From a bacterium (lineage in GTDB: Bacteria > UBA8248): 64,000 nt of DNA. Location of the stretch: NCBI GenBank assembly GCA_965203325.1, contig OZ241875.1, positions 512,001-576,000 of the forward strand. The letters are read 5' to 3'. Made by a program: the position numbers and the translations under genes. Positions 28,771-39,484 of this stretch are shown piece by piece. The notes under the pieces are model-generated. The model ran no database searches, had not been told where the DNA came from, and saw only the letters and a list, made by a program, of their open reading frames with translations. Each line of letters begins with the position of its first letter. The first letter of the stretch is position 1.

Positions 28771-29757
28771 CTACATCCCCTGTTTGGCGATGTCCTCGAG
28801 CAGTCCGGGCCGGCACCTTTCCTTCGCGAACTTCTGGACGATCGGCTCGGCGATCTTCTTGAAGGCCGCGACGTTGGGCTTCACAACCGTCATCCCCTTG
28901 GCCTTGAGCTTGGCCTCGACATCGGCGAAGGACTTCCAGACGGCGTCCGTCATCCAGTCGATGGCCTTCTTCGCTTCCTCGTCGAAGATTTTCTTGTGGC
29001 CGGCGCTCAGACCCTTGTAGAACCCGTTGTTCCCGGACACGACGAAGTAGCTCCAGACGTGGCCGGTGAGGTTCAGGTATTTCTGCACTTCAAAGAAGTT
29101 CGACCCGTAGATGGTGCCGAGCGGGTTTTCCTGCGCCTCGACCGTTCCGGTCTGGAGCGCGCCGTAGAGCTCCTTGAACGACATCGGCACGGGGTTCGCC
29201 CCGAAGGCCTTGAACACGCGCTGGCGCAGCTTGTTGGTGATGCGCACCTTGATGCCCTTCATGTCAGACGGATTCTTGACCGGCACTTTCGAGGTGAGGT
29301 TCCGCGCGCCGCGGTGCCCGACGCCGACGATCCGGATGTTGTGCTTCTTCTGGAGGACGCCGCTCACCTCTTTCCCGAGCGGCCCGTTCCACACCTTGAG
29401 CCCGTGGTTGCCGTCCTTGTAGACGAACTCGGCCTCCATGCACTGGTATTCCTTCACGAGGTGGTGGACCACGACGGGCCCCGCCACGTGCAGCTGAATC
29501 TCGTTCGTCCCCAGCTGCTGGAGCAGCTGCTTGTCGCCGCCCAGGGCACCGCCCGCGATGATCTGCATGTCGAGTTCGCCGTTGGAGCGCGCCCGCATGG
29601 CGTCGGCCCAGCGCTGCATGGCCTGCACGCTGAACTCCTTGGTGCTGTTCGTCGTGCCGAGCGTGAACTTCACCTTCGCGGCCTCGGCGGCGGTCGCGAG
29701 GAGCATCACCCCGACCAAGAGCGCAACGATCGCAAAACCGGTTCTCAACGATTTCAT
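28771..29757 (-). CDS. dctP: TRAP transporter substrate-binding protein
   Basis: Signal peptide, GIKVR, ELYGALQTGTVEAQENP, EVQKY; GGAGG RBS. Confidence 0.93.
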   Translation of the reverse strand: MKSLRTGFAIVALLVGVMLLATAAEAAKVKFTLGTTNSTKEFSVQAMQRWADAMRARSNGELDMQIIAGGALGGDKQLLQQLGTNEIQLHVAGPVVVHHLVKEYQCMEAEFVYKDGNHGLKVWNGPLGKEVSGVLQKKHNIRIVGVGHRGARNLTSKVPVKNPSDMKGIKVRITNKLRQRVFKAFGANPVPMSFKELYGALQTGTVEAQENPLGTIYGSNFFEVQKYLNLTGHVWSYFVVSGNNGFYKGLSAGHKKIFDEEAKKAIDWMTDAVWKSFADVEAKLKAKGMTVVKPNVAAFKKIAEPIVQKFAKERCRPGLLEDIAKQGM

Positions 29758-29923
29758 CGAACACCTCCTCCTGAATGACGAGTCATCAGCCCATCCTCCC
29801 CCGAGGGTCCCCGAAACGATCGGGGGGGGGAGGAAACCATTGTCATACGCCGGATATCGGAATTATCGCCATAATACGCCGAAAGAGCAAATCCGGCCGC
29901 TTCGGTCGGCACCGCACCACCTC

Positions 29924-30136
29924 GCCTTGAAAACCAACCCCCCCTACCCCCCCTTGTCAGGGGTCAAAACCGACCGAAGAGGGAGGTTTTGCAAGACGAT
30001 GTATTTCTCGTCAATGGCTCATGCAAACGCTCGTTCATCACTCGCGTTTGACCCCTGACAAGGGGGGTGGGCGTCGAACCCGAACGGAGAGGGAGCGTTC
30101 GCTCCCTTGACAAAGGCTTACTCAACAACCGCGCGA
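29924..30136. repeat. Palindromic mosaic element (family A arms, A2 core reversed)
   Basis: Core matches 26358-26447; flanks match parts of the 3863 and 26327 elements. Confidence 0.88.
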
Positions 30137-30214
30137 ACCCGCCCGGCGCTTGTTCCCGGCCCCCCGAATCGCTAAGCTGGCGCTACTTTTCGTCAAAGGC
30201 TTGCAGGGGACGTT

Positions 30215-30961
30215 TTGGACTACACGGCGCATCAACTTCTCGCATTCGGGATCACCGCCTTTTTCGTCGGCTTTCTGAAAACCACCTTCAGTTCCGGTAT
30301 CGGCATCCTTCTCGTTCCGATCATGATCATGTTCTGGCCCACGCGGTTCATCATCGGAATCGTGGCCGTCATCATGTGGGTGACGGATTTCTTCGCCATC
30401 CCCATGTTCTGGAAACAGTGGGAGAGCCGCTTCCTGCGCTACCTGGTGCCCGGCTTCTACATCGGCATCATCATCGGCGTCTACTGGCTGGTGACCCTGC
30501 CCGATTTCTGGCTGAGAAAGGGCATCGGCTTGACCTGCGTCCTCTTCGCCGTGCTGCTCTTCTGGCGCGAGGCGCGCGGCGAGATGAAGCCCCCGCCCAT
30601 CAGCCTCCCGGCGGGGGTGGGCATCGGGATAGGCGGCGGCATCATCAGCGCCATGTTCCACTCGGGCGGCCTCGTGCTGAGCCTCTTCTTCGTCAGCCAG
30701 GGCATGTCCAAGACGGCGATAGTGGCGAGCATCCTCGTCGTCTGGTTCTGTGTGAACCCCTTCAAGGTCGCTTCGCTGTGGTACGGGGGCGTCGTGCAGA
30801 CGCCCATGCTCGTGGCGGGCGCGCTCGCCTTCCCCCTCGCCTGGGCCGGAAGCTGGTGCGGCAAGCAGGCGCTCCATAAAATCCCCCAGAAAGGATTCAC
30901 TTACATCCTCCTGCTCCTGTCCCTCATCACCGCCCTGCGCCTCCTGCTGGAGACGGGCTAG
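30215..30961 (+). CDS. TauE/SafE (TSUP) family transporter
   Basis: 248 aa, about eight TM segments, VGFLKTTFSSGIG-type N-terminus; TTG start. Confidence 0.8.
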   Translation: MDYTAHQLLAFGITAFFVGFLKTTFSSGIGILLVPIMIMFWPTRFIIGIVAVIMWVTDFFAIPMFWKQWESRFLRYLVPGFYIGIIIGVYWLVTLPDFWLRKGIGLTCVLFAVLLFWREARGEMKPPPISLPAGVGIGIGGGIISAMFHSGGLVLSLFFVSQGMSKTAIVASILVVWFCVNPFKVASLWYGGVVQTPMLVAGALAFPLAWAGSWCGKQALHKIPQKGFTYILLLLSLITALRLLLETG

Positions 30962-30963
30962 CA

Positions 30964-31710
30964 ATGCCGGATTTCACCTGGGTCGAGTGGGGCTTCGTGC
31001 TGGCGGCGGCGTTTTGCAACGGCTTTCTGGTGCGCACGTTCGGGGCGGGCGTGGGACTGGTGATCACGCCCTTCCTCATCTTAGCGTTCTCGCCCTCTTT
31101 TTCGCTCGGCCTCATCGCGATGTTCAGCTGCTGGTCGGGCCTGGGGTCGGCGCCCCATTTCTGGGGAAAATGGAACCTGCGCTACGTGTTCCTCTTAGCA
31201 CCCGGCATCGTGGTCGGGCTCGGCCTGGGCGTCTGGCTGCTCACCTGGCTCCCGGGCGCGGGACTGAAAATGCTGATCGGCGCCATCTGCTTCTCCCTCG
31301 CCGCCTACCAGGCGCTCGTGGAAATCAGGGGCAGACCCTTCGATATCCCTCCCCTGCCGATGTGGCAGGGCGGGGGCTTCGGCGTCATGAGCGGGCTCTG
31401 CTCCGCGCTCGCCAACAGCGGGGCGATCTTCCTCACCCCCGTCCTCATCAGCCAGAGACTCGAAAAACTCACCCTGGTGAGCACGATATGGATGCTCTAC
31501 GCGGTGTTCAACCCCATCAAGGTGGTCGCCTTCTGGCAGGTATCCGTCGTCACCTGGGACACCATCTGGGCGACCGTTGTCGGCCTGCCCGTGCTGTGGC
31601 TGGGCATCAAGGCCGGCGCATGGGTGCAGGAGAGGCTCAGCGGGCGCACGTTCAACCTGTGCGTGCTGAGCATCGCGCTGGGAGGCTCGATACGGCTGCT
31701 GCTCGTCTGA
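30964..31710 (+). CDS. TauE/SafE (TSUP) family transporter (second)
   Basis: 248 aa with the same architecture, directly downstream. Confidence 0.8.
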   Translation: MPDFTWVEWGFVLAAAFCNGFLVRTFGAGVGLVITPFLILAFSPSFSLGLIAMFSCWSGLGSAPHFWGKWNLRYVFLLAPGIVVGLGLGVWLLTWLPGAGLKMLIGAICFSLAAYQALVEIRGRPFDIPPLPMWQGGGFGVMSGLCSALANSGAIFLTPVLISQRLEKLTLVSTIWMLYAVFNPIKVVAFWQVSVVTWDTIWATVVGLPVLWLGIKAGAWVQERLSGRTFNLCVLSIALGGSIRLLLV

Positions 31711-31785
31711 ATCCCCTCCCCCGCGCTTCCGCGACAATATGCGAAAAACGGGAATTCATGCCTGATTGGCCATGCTCTCCATGAG

Positions 31786-32150
31786 TAAAGGCAACCCCCC
31801 CTACCCCCCCTTGACAGGGGGGTAAAGGCGATATCTCCCGACGAGGGGCTGTTCAAAAACTTGGTGTACGTTGCCTACGGAGATTTTCCTCCACCAAAAG
31901 AATTTGAAATCAACTCCCCCCTTGAGGGGGAGTCGATGAGGTGAGGGTGTAAACCCGAAACCGAATCGGTGGGGGGACATGCCACTGAAAAAACTCCCCC
32001 CACCGCATCAGCCTTCGCACAAACCGCTCGGCTTCTGCGACTCCCCCTCAAGGGGGGAGTTGATTTGATATTCTCGTTGGTGAAAAGCGATCTTCGCAGG
32101 GGCCGCATACCGGCTTTTTCAACACCCCCGGCAAGGGGGTTGGGGGGTTG
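31786..32150. repeat. Palindromic mosaic: family A arm, MITE-like ends and a complete family B element (31907-32066)
   Basis: GGGGCTGTTCAAAAA ... TTTTTCAACACCCC enclosing AAATCAACTCCCCCCTTGAGGGGGAGTCG and its inverted copy. Confidence 0.85.
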
Positions 32151-32197
32151 GCCGGTCAAATATATAATCCCCTGAAAAACCGCATGGAGGATCGAAC

Positions 32198-33310
32198 ATG
32201 AGCACGACATCGCAAGCCGCGAAAACACCCCTGCCGGTCTCGGAATCCAGCATCGGCATGGTGGACGCGGACATCCACCACGTACCCGCGTCCCTGGACG
32301 CTCTCAAGCCCTATCTGCCGGTCGTCTGGCGAAACTACGTGGAAGAGACCGATTATACGAAACTGCCGAACGCCCCCTACCCCAAGACGGCGGGCGGCGG
32401 CGTCCGCAAGGACGCCATCCCGCCGGACGGCCCGGCGGGTTCGAGCCTCTCGATGCTGCAGGAGCAGGTGCTGGACGCCTACGGGGTGAGCTACGGGGTG
32501 CTGAACGGGGCGTACTACAACGTCTCCTTCATGGGAATCCCCGAGTTCGGCGCGGCCCTGGCGAGCGCGCACAACGACTGGACGATCGAGCACTGGCTCG
32601 AAAAAGACGAGCGCCTGCGCGGCGCCATCACCGTATCGCACCAGGACCCGCAGCACGCCGTGGACGAGATAAAGCGCGTCGGCGGGCGCGACGACATGGC
32701 GCAGGTGCTCTTCCCGGCGGGTTCGCACGCCCCCTACGGCCAGAGGCGCTACCACCCCATCTACGCGGCGGCGGAGGAGCGCGGACTGCCTATCGGCATC
32801 CATTTCGGGGGCACGGGTGCCGGCAACGCGCCGCCGCCCACGGCTTCGGGCTGGCCCACCTACTACATCGAGTGGCACACGGCGATGAGCCAGGCCTTCA
32901 TGACGCACGTCGTGAGCTTCATCTGCGAGGGCGTGTTCGAGTTTTTCCCCAAGCTCAAGGTCGTGCTGATCGAGGGGGGCCTTTCATGGATTCCGGGGCT
33001 GCTGTGGCGTCTGGACAAGAACTACCGGGGCATGCGCGCCGAAGTGCCCTGGCTCAAGAAGCTGCCGAGCGAGTATTTTTACGAACACTTCCGGGTGACG
33101 AGCCAGCCCATCGAGGAGCCGGAGGAGGACGAGCACCTCGTCCAGATATTCGAGATGGTCCACGCCGAGAAGATACTCCTCTTCGCCACCGACTACCCCC
33201 ACTGGGACTTCGACTCCCCCGTCCACGCCCTGCCGCGCCAGGTGGACGCAGACCTCCGCGCGCGCATCATGCGCGACAACGCGGTGGAGTTGTACGGGTT
33301 GGGGGGTTGA
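32198..33310 (+). CDS. Amidohydrolase family protein (amidohydro_2)
   Basis: [28 protein letters not shown] motifs. Confidence 0.9.
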   Translation: MSTTSQAAKTPLPVSESSIGMVDADIHHVPASLDALKPYLPVVWRNYVEETDYTKLPNAPYPKTAGGGVRKDAIPPDGPAGSSLSMLQEQVLDAYGVSYGVLNGAYYNVSFMGIPEFGAALASAHNDWTIEHWLEKDERLRGAITVSHQDPQHAVDEIKRVGGRDDMAQVLFPAGSHAPYGQRRYHPIYAAAEERGLPIGIHFGGTGAGNAPPPTASGWPTYYIEWHTAMSQAFMTHVVSFICEGVFEFFPKLKVVLIEGGLSWIPGLLWRLDKNYRGMRAEVPWLKKLPSEYFYEHFRVTSQPIEEPEEDEHLVQIFEMVHAEKILLFATDYPHWDFDSPVHALPRQVDADLRARIMRDNAVELYGLGG

Positions 33311-33451
33311 GGGATTTTGACGGGGGTTTGGTGGATCGATTATATTGCAACACGTTGCGAACAGTAACGAGAGTTAATCTTCACAACCTTAGAAACCGCA
33401 TTGTCCTAACAAATCACATTTTAGGAAACGCCAGTTCTGCGAGAGGATTCT

Positions 33452-35251
33452 ATGCCAAATCAACGTTATTCAGTAAATCAGCATCCCGTCAATTACCTGC
33501 TGGCTCAGATCGATGCTGGCCAGATCGCCATTCCAGACATCCAACGTCCTTTTGTCTGGAACGCGGCGAAGGTGCGTGATTTCATAGATTCGCTCTATCA
33601 CGGCTATCCGGTAGGATATCTCATCGCCTGGCAGAACCCGGGCGTCCGCTTGAAGGACGGCTCTCAATCAAACGGCAAGCACATCCTCATAGACGGCCAG
33701 CAGCGCGTTACGGCGCTTATCGCAGCCCTGCTGGGGCGGCAAGTCGTTGACAAAAACTACAAGACCAGACGCATCGCCATAGCTTTTCACCCGATTGAGG
33801 AGAGGTTTGAGGTGTCCAACCCCGCGATTCGCAAGGATCGCGCATGGCTTGGCGACATCGCTGAAGTTTTCGCTCCCGATACTAAAATTTTAGGATTTTT
33901 GGACAAATACTGTGCAGCGAACGCGAACATAGACAAAGACGATATTTACGATCACCTGGAACGTCTTCGAGGCATCAAGAACAACCCTCTTGGCCTTATC
34001 GATTTGAACGCCGACCTAGACGTGGAAACCGTCGCGGAGATTTTCGTCCGCATCAATTCCAAAGGGGTTACATTGAATGCGGCGGACTTCGCCATGTCCA
34101 AGATGGCGGCCAGCGAGCAATACAACGGACACCAACTCCGTAAGTGCATCGACTATTTCTGTCATTTAGCGATTGCGCCGGAAGCGTATTCCGACCTAGC
34201 ACAAGACAAGGACTTCGTCCATACGAACTATTTCCACAAGATGGAATGGCTGAAGCATGAGAAAGAAGACCTCTATGACCCTTCCTACACCGACATGCTT
34301 CGCGTGGCTTTCACCTCGGAATTCAAACGCGGGCGTTTAGACGATTTGGTCGCCCTGCTCTCGGGGCGCAACTTCGAGACGCGCACGTATGAGGAAGCCA
34401 TTGCGGAGGATTCCTTTCAAAAGCTCGAAGGAGCGATCCTGCGCTTTATGAGCGAGACGGATTTCAAGCGCTTCATCATGATCTTGCGCTCGGCTGGATT
34501 CGTGAATGCTTCGATGATCCGCTCACAGAACACCGTCAACTTCGCTTATATCCTGTATTTGACGTTGCGCGCCCAGAAGGTAAATCCTGCCGAGATTGAA
34601 ACGCTGGTGCGGCGATGGTTCGTGATGTCCATACTGACGGGCAGGTATACTGCCTCGCCCGAAACCGCCTTTAGCGTCGATATACGCAATCTCAATGAAC
34701 AGGGCGCGCGCTCCTATCTCGACCAAGTGGAGCAAGCGGAGCTTTCGGACGCCTTCTGGGATGTCGGCCTGCCGCAGCAGATGGACACGCCAGTCGCCAG
34801 CAGCCCTTATTTCAACGTCTTTCTCGCCAGCCAGGTAAAAGCGAACGACAAGGGCTTTCTCTCAAGCGATATTACCGTGCAAAACCTCCTTGAGGGTCTG
34901 TGGCACGTTCACCACGTCTTTCCGAGCAGTTATCTGAAAGACGAACAGAAACTTCCACCCGGTCGTTACAATCAGATCGCCAATTACGTCGTCATGCAAA
35001 GCGAGATCAACATCACCATCGGGAAAAAACCGCCGGCGGAATACTTCAAGGTGCTGAGGGAACAATGCGAGAACAAAACGCCCAAATATGGCGGCATCAC
35101 AGATGCCGATAAAATGCGCACCAATCTTGCGGCGCATTGCATCCCCGAAGGAATGGATGAGGCGAGAAGCATCGAGGATTATAATGAGTTCCTGCAAAAG
35201 CGCAGAAGCCTTATGTCGGCCAAAATACGAGACTACTACCAGAAATTGTAA
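33452..35251 (+). CDS. GmrSD-like DUF262 / HNH-type modification-dependent restriction protein
   Basis: [26 protein letters not shown]-terminal HHVFP...NQIAN; lower GC. Confidence 0.85.
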   Translation: MPNQRYSVNQHPVNYLLAQIDAGQIAIPDIQRPFVWNAAKVRDFIDSLYHGYPVGYLIAWQNPGVRLKDGSQSNGKHILIDGQQRVTALIAALLGRQVVDKNYKTRRIAIAFHPIEERFEVSNPAIRKDRAWLGDIAEVFAPDTKILGFLDKYCAANANIDKDDIYDHLERLRGIKNNPLGLIDLNADLDVETVAEIFVRINSKGVTLNAADFAMSKMAASEQYNGHQLRKCIDYFCHLAIAPEAYSDLAQDKDFVHTNYFHKMEWLKHEKEDLYDPSYTDMLRVAFTSEFKRGRLDDLVALLSGRNFETRTYEEAIAEDSFQKLEGAILRFMSETDFKRFIMILRSAGFVNASMIRSQNTVNFAYILYLTLRAQKVNPAEIETLVRRWFVMSILTGRYTASPETAFSVDIRNLNEQGARSYLDQVEQAELSDAFWDVGLPQQMDTPVASSPYFNVFLASQVKANDKGFLSSDITVQNLLEGLWHVHHVFPSSYLKDEQKLPPGRYNQIANYVVMQSEINITIGKKPPAEYFKVLREQCENKTPKYGGITDADKMRTNLAAHCIPEGMDEARSIEDYNEFLQKRRSLMSAKIRDYYQKL

Positions 35252-35391
35252 CTAGACATCTGAACTGAGTGCTCCCTCAATCGAAGATTCAAAGGACTCT
35301 CATCCTCGGCTCTTCCGCCCACCCTGCTCGGCGAATCGGACGCTGAGCGAGAAGGCGATATCGCTCTATCGGTTTGAGGGTTTGCGGGATT

Positions 35392-35420
35392 TTGACGGGG
35401 CGGTATGCGTAGCGCATAAT
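35392..35420 (+). promoter_or_regulatory. Putative sigma70 promoter of the ATPase-PIN operon
   Basis: TTGACG-N17-CATAAT about 60 nt upstream of the start. Confidence 0.5.
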
Positions 35421-35482
35421 TCCGGGCGGATCGTGCAAAGAGGCTACCGTCTCCGATACACCTTGTTCGCCTTGGAGAAAGC

Positions 35483-36883
35483 GTGATGATCAAGCACGTC
35501 AACCTCAAGAACTTCAAGGCGTGGCGCGAACTCGACATAGAGTTCGGCCGGAGGATTACCGGTCTGTTCGGAACCAACAGTTCGGGCAAGAGCAGCCTGA
35601 TCCAGTTTCTCCTCATGCTGAAAGAGACGAAGAACAACCCGGATCGGAACCTCGTTCTCGATTTCGGAAAATCCGGCGGGGTGATCAACCTGGGCGGCTT
35701 CGGTGACGTCGTTCACCGAAACGACAAAAACCTGAAGCTGGAATGGGAGTTGTCCTGGGATGGGTTGGAAGAGCCTTGGAGTGCATTCGACACCCACACG
35801 GGCGAAGATGCGATTCGGTTCGATTATAAAGAACTCGTCATAAAAGCAGTGGTGGAGATGACGAATCCAGAGGAATCCAAATCTCTGAAGACGCAGTCCA
35901 TGCGTTACACTATTTTAGACAAAGGTGTAGCAGAAGGAGAAGAAACAACTTTCGTTATCGAGCCGATATCTAATAAAAAAGGAGGCTTTCGTTTTATCGA
36001 ATTAGGAGCGGTGTCACCGAAACAAACAGGATTAATTGACACCGGCCCCATTAAAACTCACCTTTTTCCCTTTCGAGTGTTCTTTCATACCTCACCTGAA
36101 AAGCACGACTTGCTAAAACGTCTGGAGGCCGATTATGAAAGACTGATGGACAGGGTTTTCTATCTCGGTCCGCTCCGGGATTATCCGCACCGACAATACA
36201 ACTGGAGCGGAGGCAGCCCTTCAGACGTGGGGACACGAGGCGAATTAACGATCAACGCCATCCTCGCCTCTTCGGAGAGGGACAACGCCCTTCAACTGAA
36301 GAAAGGGAGCAGAAAACGCTCCTTTCAGGAAATGGTCGCCATGCGGCTCAAGGAAATGGGCCTCATCCATTCCTTTTCGGTGGCCGAGGTCGCTAAGGGC
36401 TCCAACATATATCAGGCAAAAGTCTCAGTGGACCAAGGCAGCCCAGAAGTGCTTTTAACGGAGGTGGGCTTCGGCGTATCCCAGGTTCTTCCGGCCATCG
36501 TTCTGCTGAACCACGTCCCGGAAGGCTCTACCGTCATTTTGGAGCAACCGGAAATCCACCTGCATCCCGAAGTCCAGAGCGGTTTGGTGGACGCCATTGT
36601 CGGAATCGCCGAAACGCGGAATTTACAGGTGATCATCGAAAGCCACAGCGAGCACCTGCTGCGCCGGCTCCAACGGCGCGTGGCGGAAGAAGCCATCTCG
36701 GCGGACTTGGTGAAGCTCTACTTCGTATCGCAGGAAAGCGGTGAGGCCCATCTGACGGACATCGGCCTGAACGAATATGGAGAGATAAAGAACTGGCCCG
36801 AGCATTTCTTCGGCGATGAGATGGAGGAAATCGCCGAGACCAGAAAAGCCGCTATCAAACGCAAGATGAAAGCCGAGGAATGA
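35483..36883 (+). CDS. ABC/AAA-type ATPase with DUF3696-like C-terminus
   Basis: Walker A GTNSSGKS, signature VGFGVSQ, Walker B ILEQPEIHLHP, H-loop ESHSEH, NWPEHFF tail. Confidence 0.88.
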   Translation: MMIKHVNLKNFKAWRELDIEFGRRITGLFGTNSSGKSSLIQFLLMLKETKNNPDRNLVLDFGKSGGVINLGGFGDVVHRNDKNLKLEWELSWDGLEEPWSAFDTHTGEDAIRFDYKELVIKAVVEMTNPEESKSLKTQSMRYTILDKGVAEGEETTFVIEPISNKKGGFRFIELGAVSPKQTGLIDTGPIKTHLFPFRVFFHTSPEKHDLLKRLEADYERLMDRVFYLGPLRDYPHRQYNWSGGSPSDVGTRGELTINAILASSERDNALQLKKGSRKRSFQEMVAMRLKEMGLIHSFSVAEVAKGSNIYQAKVSVDQGSPEVLLTEVGFGVSQVLPAIVLLNHVPEGSTVILEQPEIHLHPEVQSGLVDAIVGIAETRNLQVIIESHSEHLLRRLQRRVAEEAISADLVKLYFVSQESGEAHLTDIGLNEYGEIKNWPEHFFGDEMEEIAETRKAAIKRKMKAEE

Positions 36884-37368
36884 GGGACAGGATTGTCGTT
36901 GATACGAACGTCTTGATAGCGGCGAATGGGAAGAGTCAACAGGCCGATTCCGAGTGCGTACTCGCGTGCATCGAGGCGTTGTTGACAGCGACCAAAGGGA
37001 AACAGAGCATCCTGCTCGACGCATCCGACCTCATAATGGGTGAATACCGTAGACGGTGTAGCTATAGCGGAGCGCCCGGTGTTGGGGATATGTTCTTCAA
37101 ATTCCTTCATGACCATCAATGGTCGGAAACCAGTATCATCCGAATACAGATTCAAGAAACTTCGGATGCGGACGGCGGATTCGCCAACCTTCCCCCGAAT
37201 AATTTTGACCGGAATGACCGGAAATTCCTGGCCGTAGCAGAGGCGGGAGACGGGCAAGTCGTGAACGCAACAGACAAGCACTGGCCGGAACACGCCGACT
37301 TCATCGCTTCCCTTGGCGTCCGCGTCTGTGAACTGTGTCCGCAGTGCCTGAAGCAAGCAGATAGTTAG
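36880..37368 (+). CDS. PIN-like domain protein coupled to the ATPase
   Basis: VVDTNVL, DRNDRKFLAVA, ATD acidic motifs; ATGA overlap. Confidence 0.7.
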   Translation: MRDRIVVDTNVLIAANGKSQQADSECVLACIEALLTATKGKQSILLDASDLIMGEYRRRCSYSGAPGVGDMFFKFLHDHQWSETSIIRIQIQETSDADGGFANLPPNNFDRNDRKFLAVAEAGDGQVVNATDKHWPEHADFIASLGVRVCELCPQCLKQADS

Positions 37369-37631
37369 TCAACAATCCCTACTTCCTTACTCAGCAACCA
37401 CTCTCCCCTCTCGGGATTGACCACGCAATTCCCCGCATTTGCGCGTACCGCGCATCGGGTGGTTTTCGCTATCCTCCCTCGCCAGGATTCGCCGCAGAGA
37501 CCGGCCCGATGATCCTGGACGGAGGGCGCACCAGAGCCGAATGAGGAAGATGGGCGATGATTCGAAGCGCGGATGACAGCCTGACGACGAGCAATGATTT
37601 CCCTACGATGCCCCGCCTCGAAACCCCTCAC

Positions 37632-37687
37632 GAATTACTGAAAAATTCGATAAAATTAGATAAATTCACGGGGTTTTTCGATAAATT
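37632..37687. repeat. 56-bp AT-rich element, inverted copy at 42935-42990
   Basis: 53/56 identity to the reverse complement of 42935-42990 by manual alignment. Confidence 0.9.
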
Positions 37688-37772
37688 AAGAGGGTATTTC
37701 TGAAAATCAACAAGACCGATATCATACATGAACTTTACGTCGTAACTTATTGATATTATAAAGATATATTAT

Positions 37773-38651
37773 TTATTTTCTGGATTCGGAATTCACGAAA
37801 TATATCCCCGCCGATATCAGGACCGCCCCGCCGAGCATGAACTGCGTCAAAGGCTCCGAGAGCAGCAAGGCGCCCGTCAGGACCCCGAACACGGGCGTGA
37901 GGAACATGAACACGCCCACGCGGCTCGCCGGGTAGTCCGTCAGCAGCCACAGCCAGGGGATCATGGCGAGGCCCGTGCCGATGAGGCCACTGTAGCCCAC
38001 GCCTGTGAGCACGTTGGTATCCGTCAAGTCGGGCCAGGGTTCGCCCAGAAACGAGGCGACGATGAAGAACGGGAGCACGGCCAGAAGCTGCGTCCAGGCG
38101 GTGATCCTGAAGGCGTCGAAGCTTCTGAGCTTCAGTTTCAGGAAGATCGACTGCACCGCCCATATGACGGCCGCCAGGACGACGATCGAGTCCCCGTACC
38201 AGGTGGAGCCGCCCGCCGAGGAGAGCTTGTCGCCGAAGAGGAACACCATGCCCAGGCTCGCGGCGATGAAGCCCGAAATCGCGCGGACGCCCACCCGCTC
38301 ATGGGGCAGAATCCACGCCGCGAGCGCCGTCAGGAGCAGGGGCTGGGAGTAGAGGAACAACGAGGCGCGCCCCGCCGTGGTGTGGTCCACGCCGTGGTAA
38401 TAGGTGATGAACATCAGGTTGTGCAGGCAGGCGTTGATCCAGAAATCGCGGCTCTCCCCCCGCCAGGACGGGCGCGGCGGCAGGACCGGCATTTTTCGCG
38501 CGAACATGATCAGGAAAACGCTCGCCGAGGAGATGATGCCCCGCAGCCAGAGGAAGGTGAAGGGCTCCACGCCCCGCAGGCCTATCTTGGCCGCCGGAAA
38601 ACTCAGGCCCCACAGGAAGGTGACGGTGAATATCAAGACGAAAAATCGCAA
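37773..38651 (-). CDS. DMT/EamA family transporter
   Basis: About ten TM segments; ASLFLYSQP and FMFLTPVFGV; related to 16555-17430. Confidence 0.88.
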   Translation of the reverse strand: MRFFVLIFTVTFLWGLSFPAAKIGLRGVEPFTFLWLRGIISSASVFLIMFARKMPVLPPRPSWRGESRDFWINACLHNLMFITYYHGVDHTTAGRASLFLYSQPLLLTALAAWILPHERVGVRAISGFIAASLGMVFLFGDKLSSAGGSTWYGDSIVVLAAVIWAVQSIFLKLKLRSFDAFRITAWTQLLAVLPFFIVASFLGEPWPDLTDTNVLTGVGYSGLIGTGLAMIPWLWLLTDYPASRVGVFMFLTPVFGVLTGALLLSEPLTQFMLGGAVLISAGIYFVNSESRK

Positions 38652-38726
38652 GTCCGGCCTGTCCTTTCAGCGAATCCGCTCTGCACCGGGAATCACGCGG
38701 CGGGTGAAATCCGGGGAAGCACGCCC

Positions 38727-39350
38727 CTAGCTATCAGATTCTCTTTTCTTGGGAAACGGCTCAAGCTCCTTCAAATCCACTTCCTGCTCGAGTTCGTCGT
38801 GGCAGGCGTCACAACGCGGCTGCGCCGTCGCCGCCACCATGAACCCTTTCGCCCTCTCCCCGCCCGTGCGGTGGCCGTTGTGGCACTGAACGCAGTCCGC
38901 TTTTAGCTCCGCGTGGTCGCTGATGGCGTGAAAGGCGTCGTCGGCCAACTCCAGGAGGCGCTCCTCGTCGTGACACTTCAGGCAGTCCTTATCGAGGATG
39001 GGGTGGAAAACGCGCGAGGGCTGCTCGTAATCGCCGATGATGAACTTGTAGAGGTCCTTGTTCGCGAGAATCGTCGTGCGGATCATCCCCGTAATCCCCT
39101 CTTCCCCGTGACAGGAGATGCACCGCACCCCGCCCGCGCTCTTGTGCCACCCGCCCAGCGTCTGGACCATGTTCTTCGCGCGCGCGCCGTCGTCGAGATA
39201 ATCCTGGTGGTCTTGTAAGTGGCAGACCGTGCAAAACGGGTCGTAGGACTCCACGGCGCGAATCCCGTACAGACTGCCGACCCCGAGCAGGGGGGACAGC
39301 AAGACGAGCAGGATCAGCCATCGCCACCAGCGTCTCCGGGCGCTTCGCAT
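38727..39350 (-). CDS. Membrane-anchored multiheme cytochrome c (NapC/NirT/NrfH-like, five CxxCH)
   Basis: N-terminal TM helix; CTVCH, CISCH, CLKCH, CVQCH, CDACH. Confidence 0.82.
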   Translation of the reverse strand: MRSARRRWWRWLILLVLLSPLLGVGSLYGIRAVESYDPFCTVCHLQDHQDYLDDGARAKNMVQTLGGWHKSAGGVRCISCHGEEGITGMIRTTILANKDLYKFIIGDYEQPSRVFHPILDKDCLKCHDEERLLELADDAFHAISDHAELKADCVQCHNGHRTGGERAKGFMVAATAQPRCDACHDELEQEVDLKELEPFPKKRESDS

Positions 39351-39484
39351 TCAGAATCTCCTCGGCGCAAGCATGTCATTTTCCATTCTTTGATCCGCCA
39401 GGATGATAATCGCCACCAAATCCATCTCTTCCTCATTATAGCGCGATTTGCTAGGATGGCTCTTGAACACGGGAGGTTGATTCG

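Noticed and set aside
37365..37631. 88-aa minus-strand ORF next to the 56-bp element
   Set aside because: No RBS or motif; cannot be supported as a gene.
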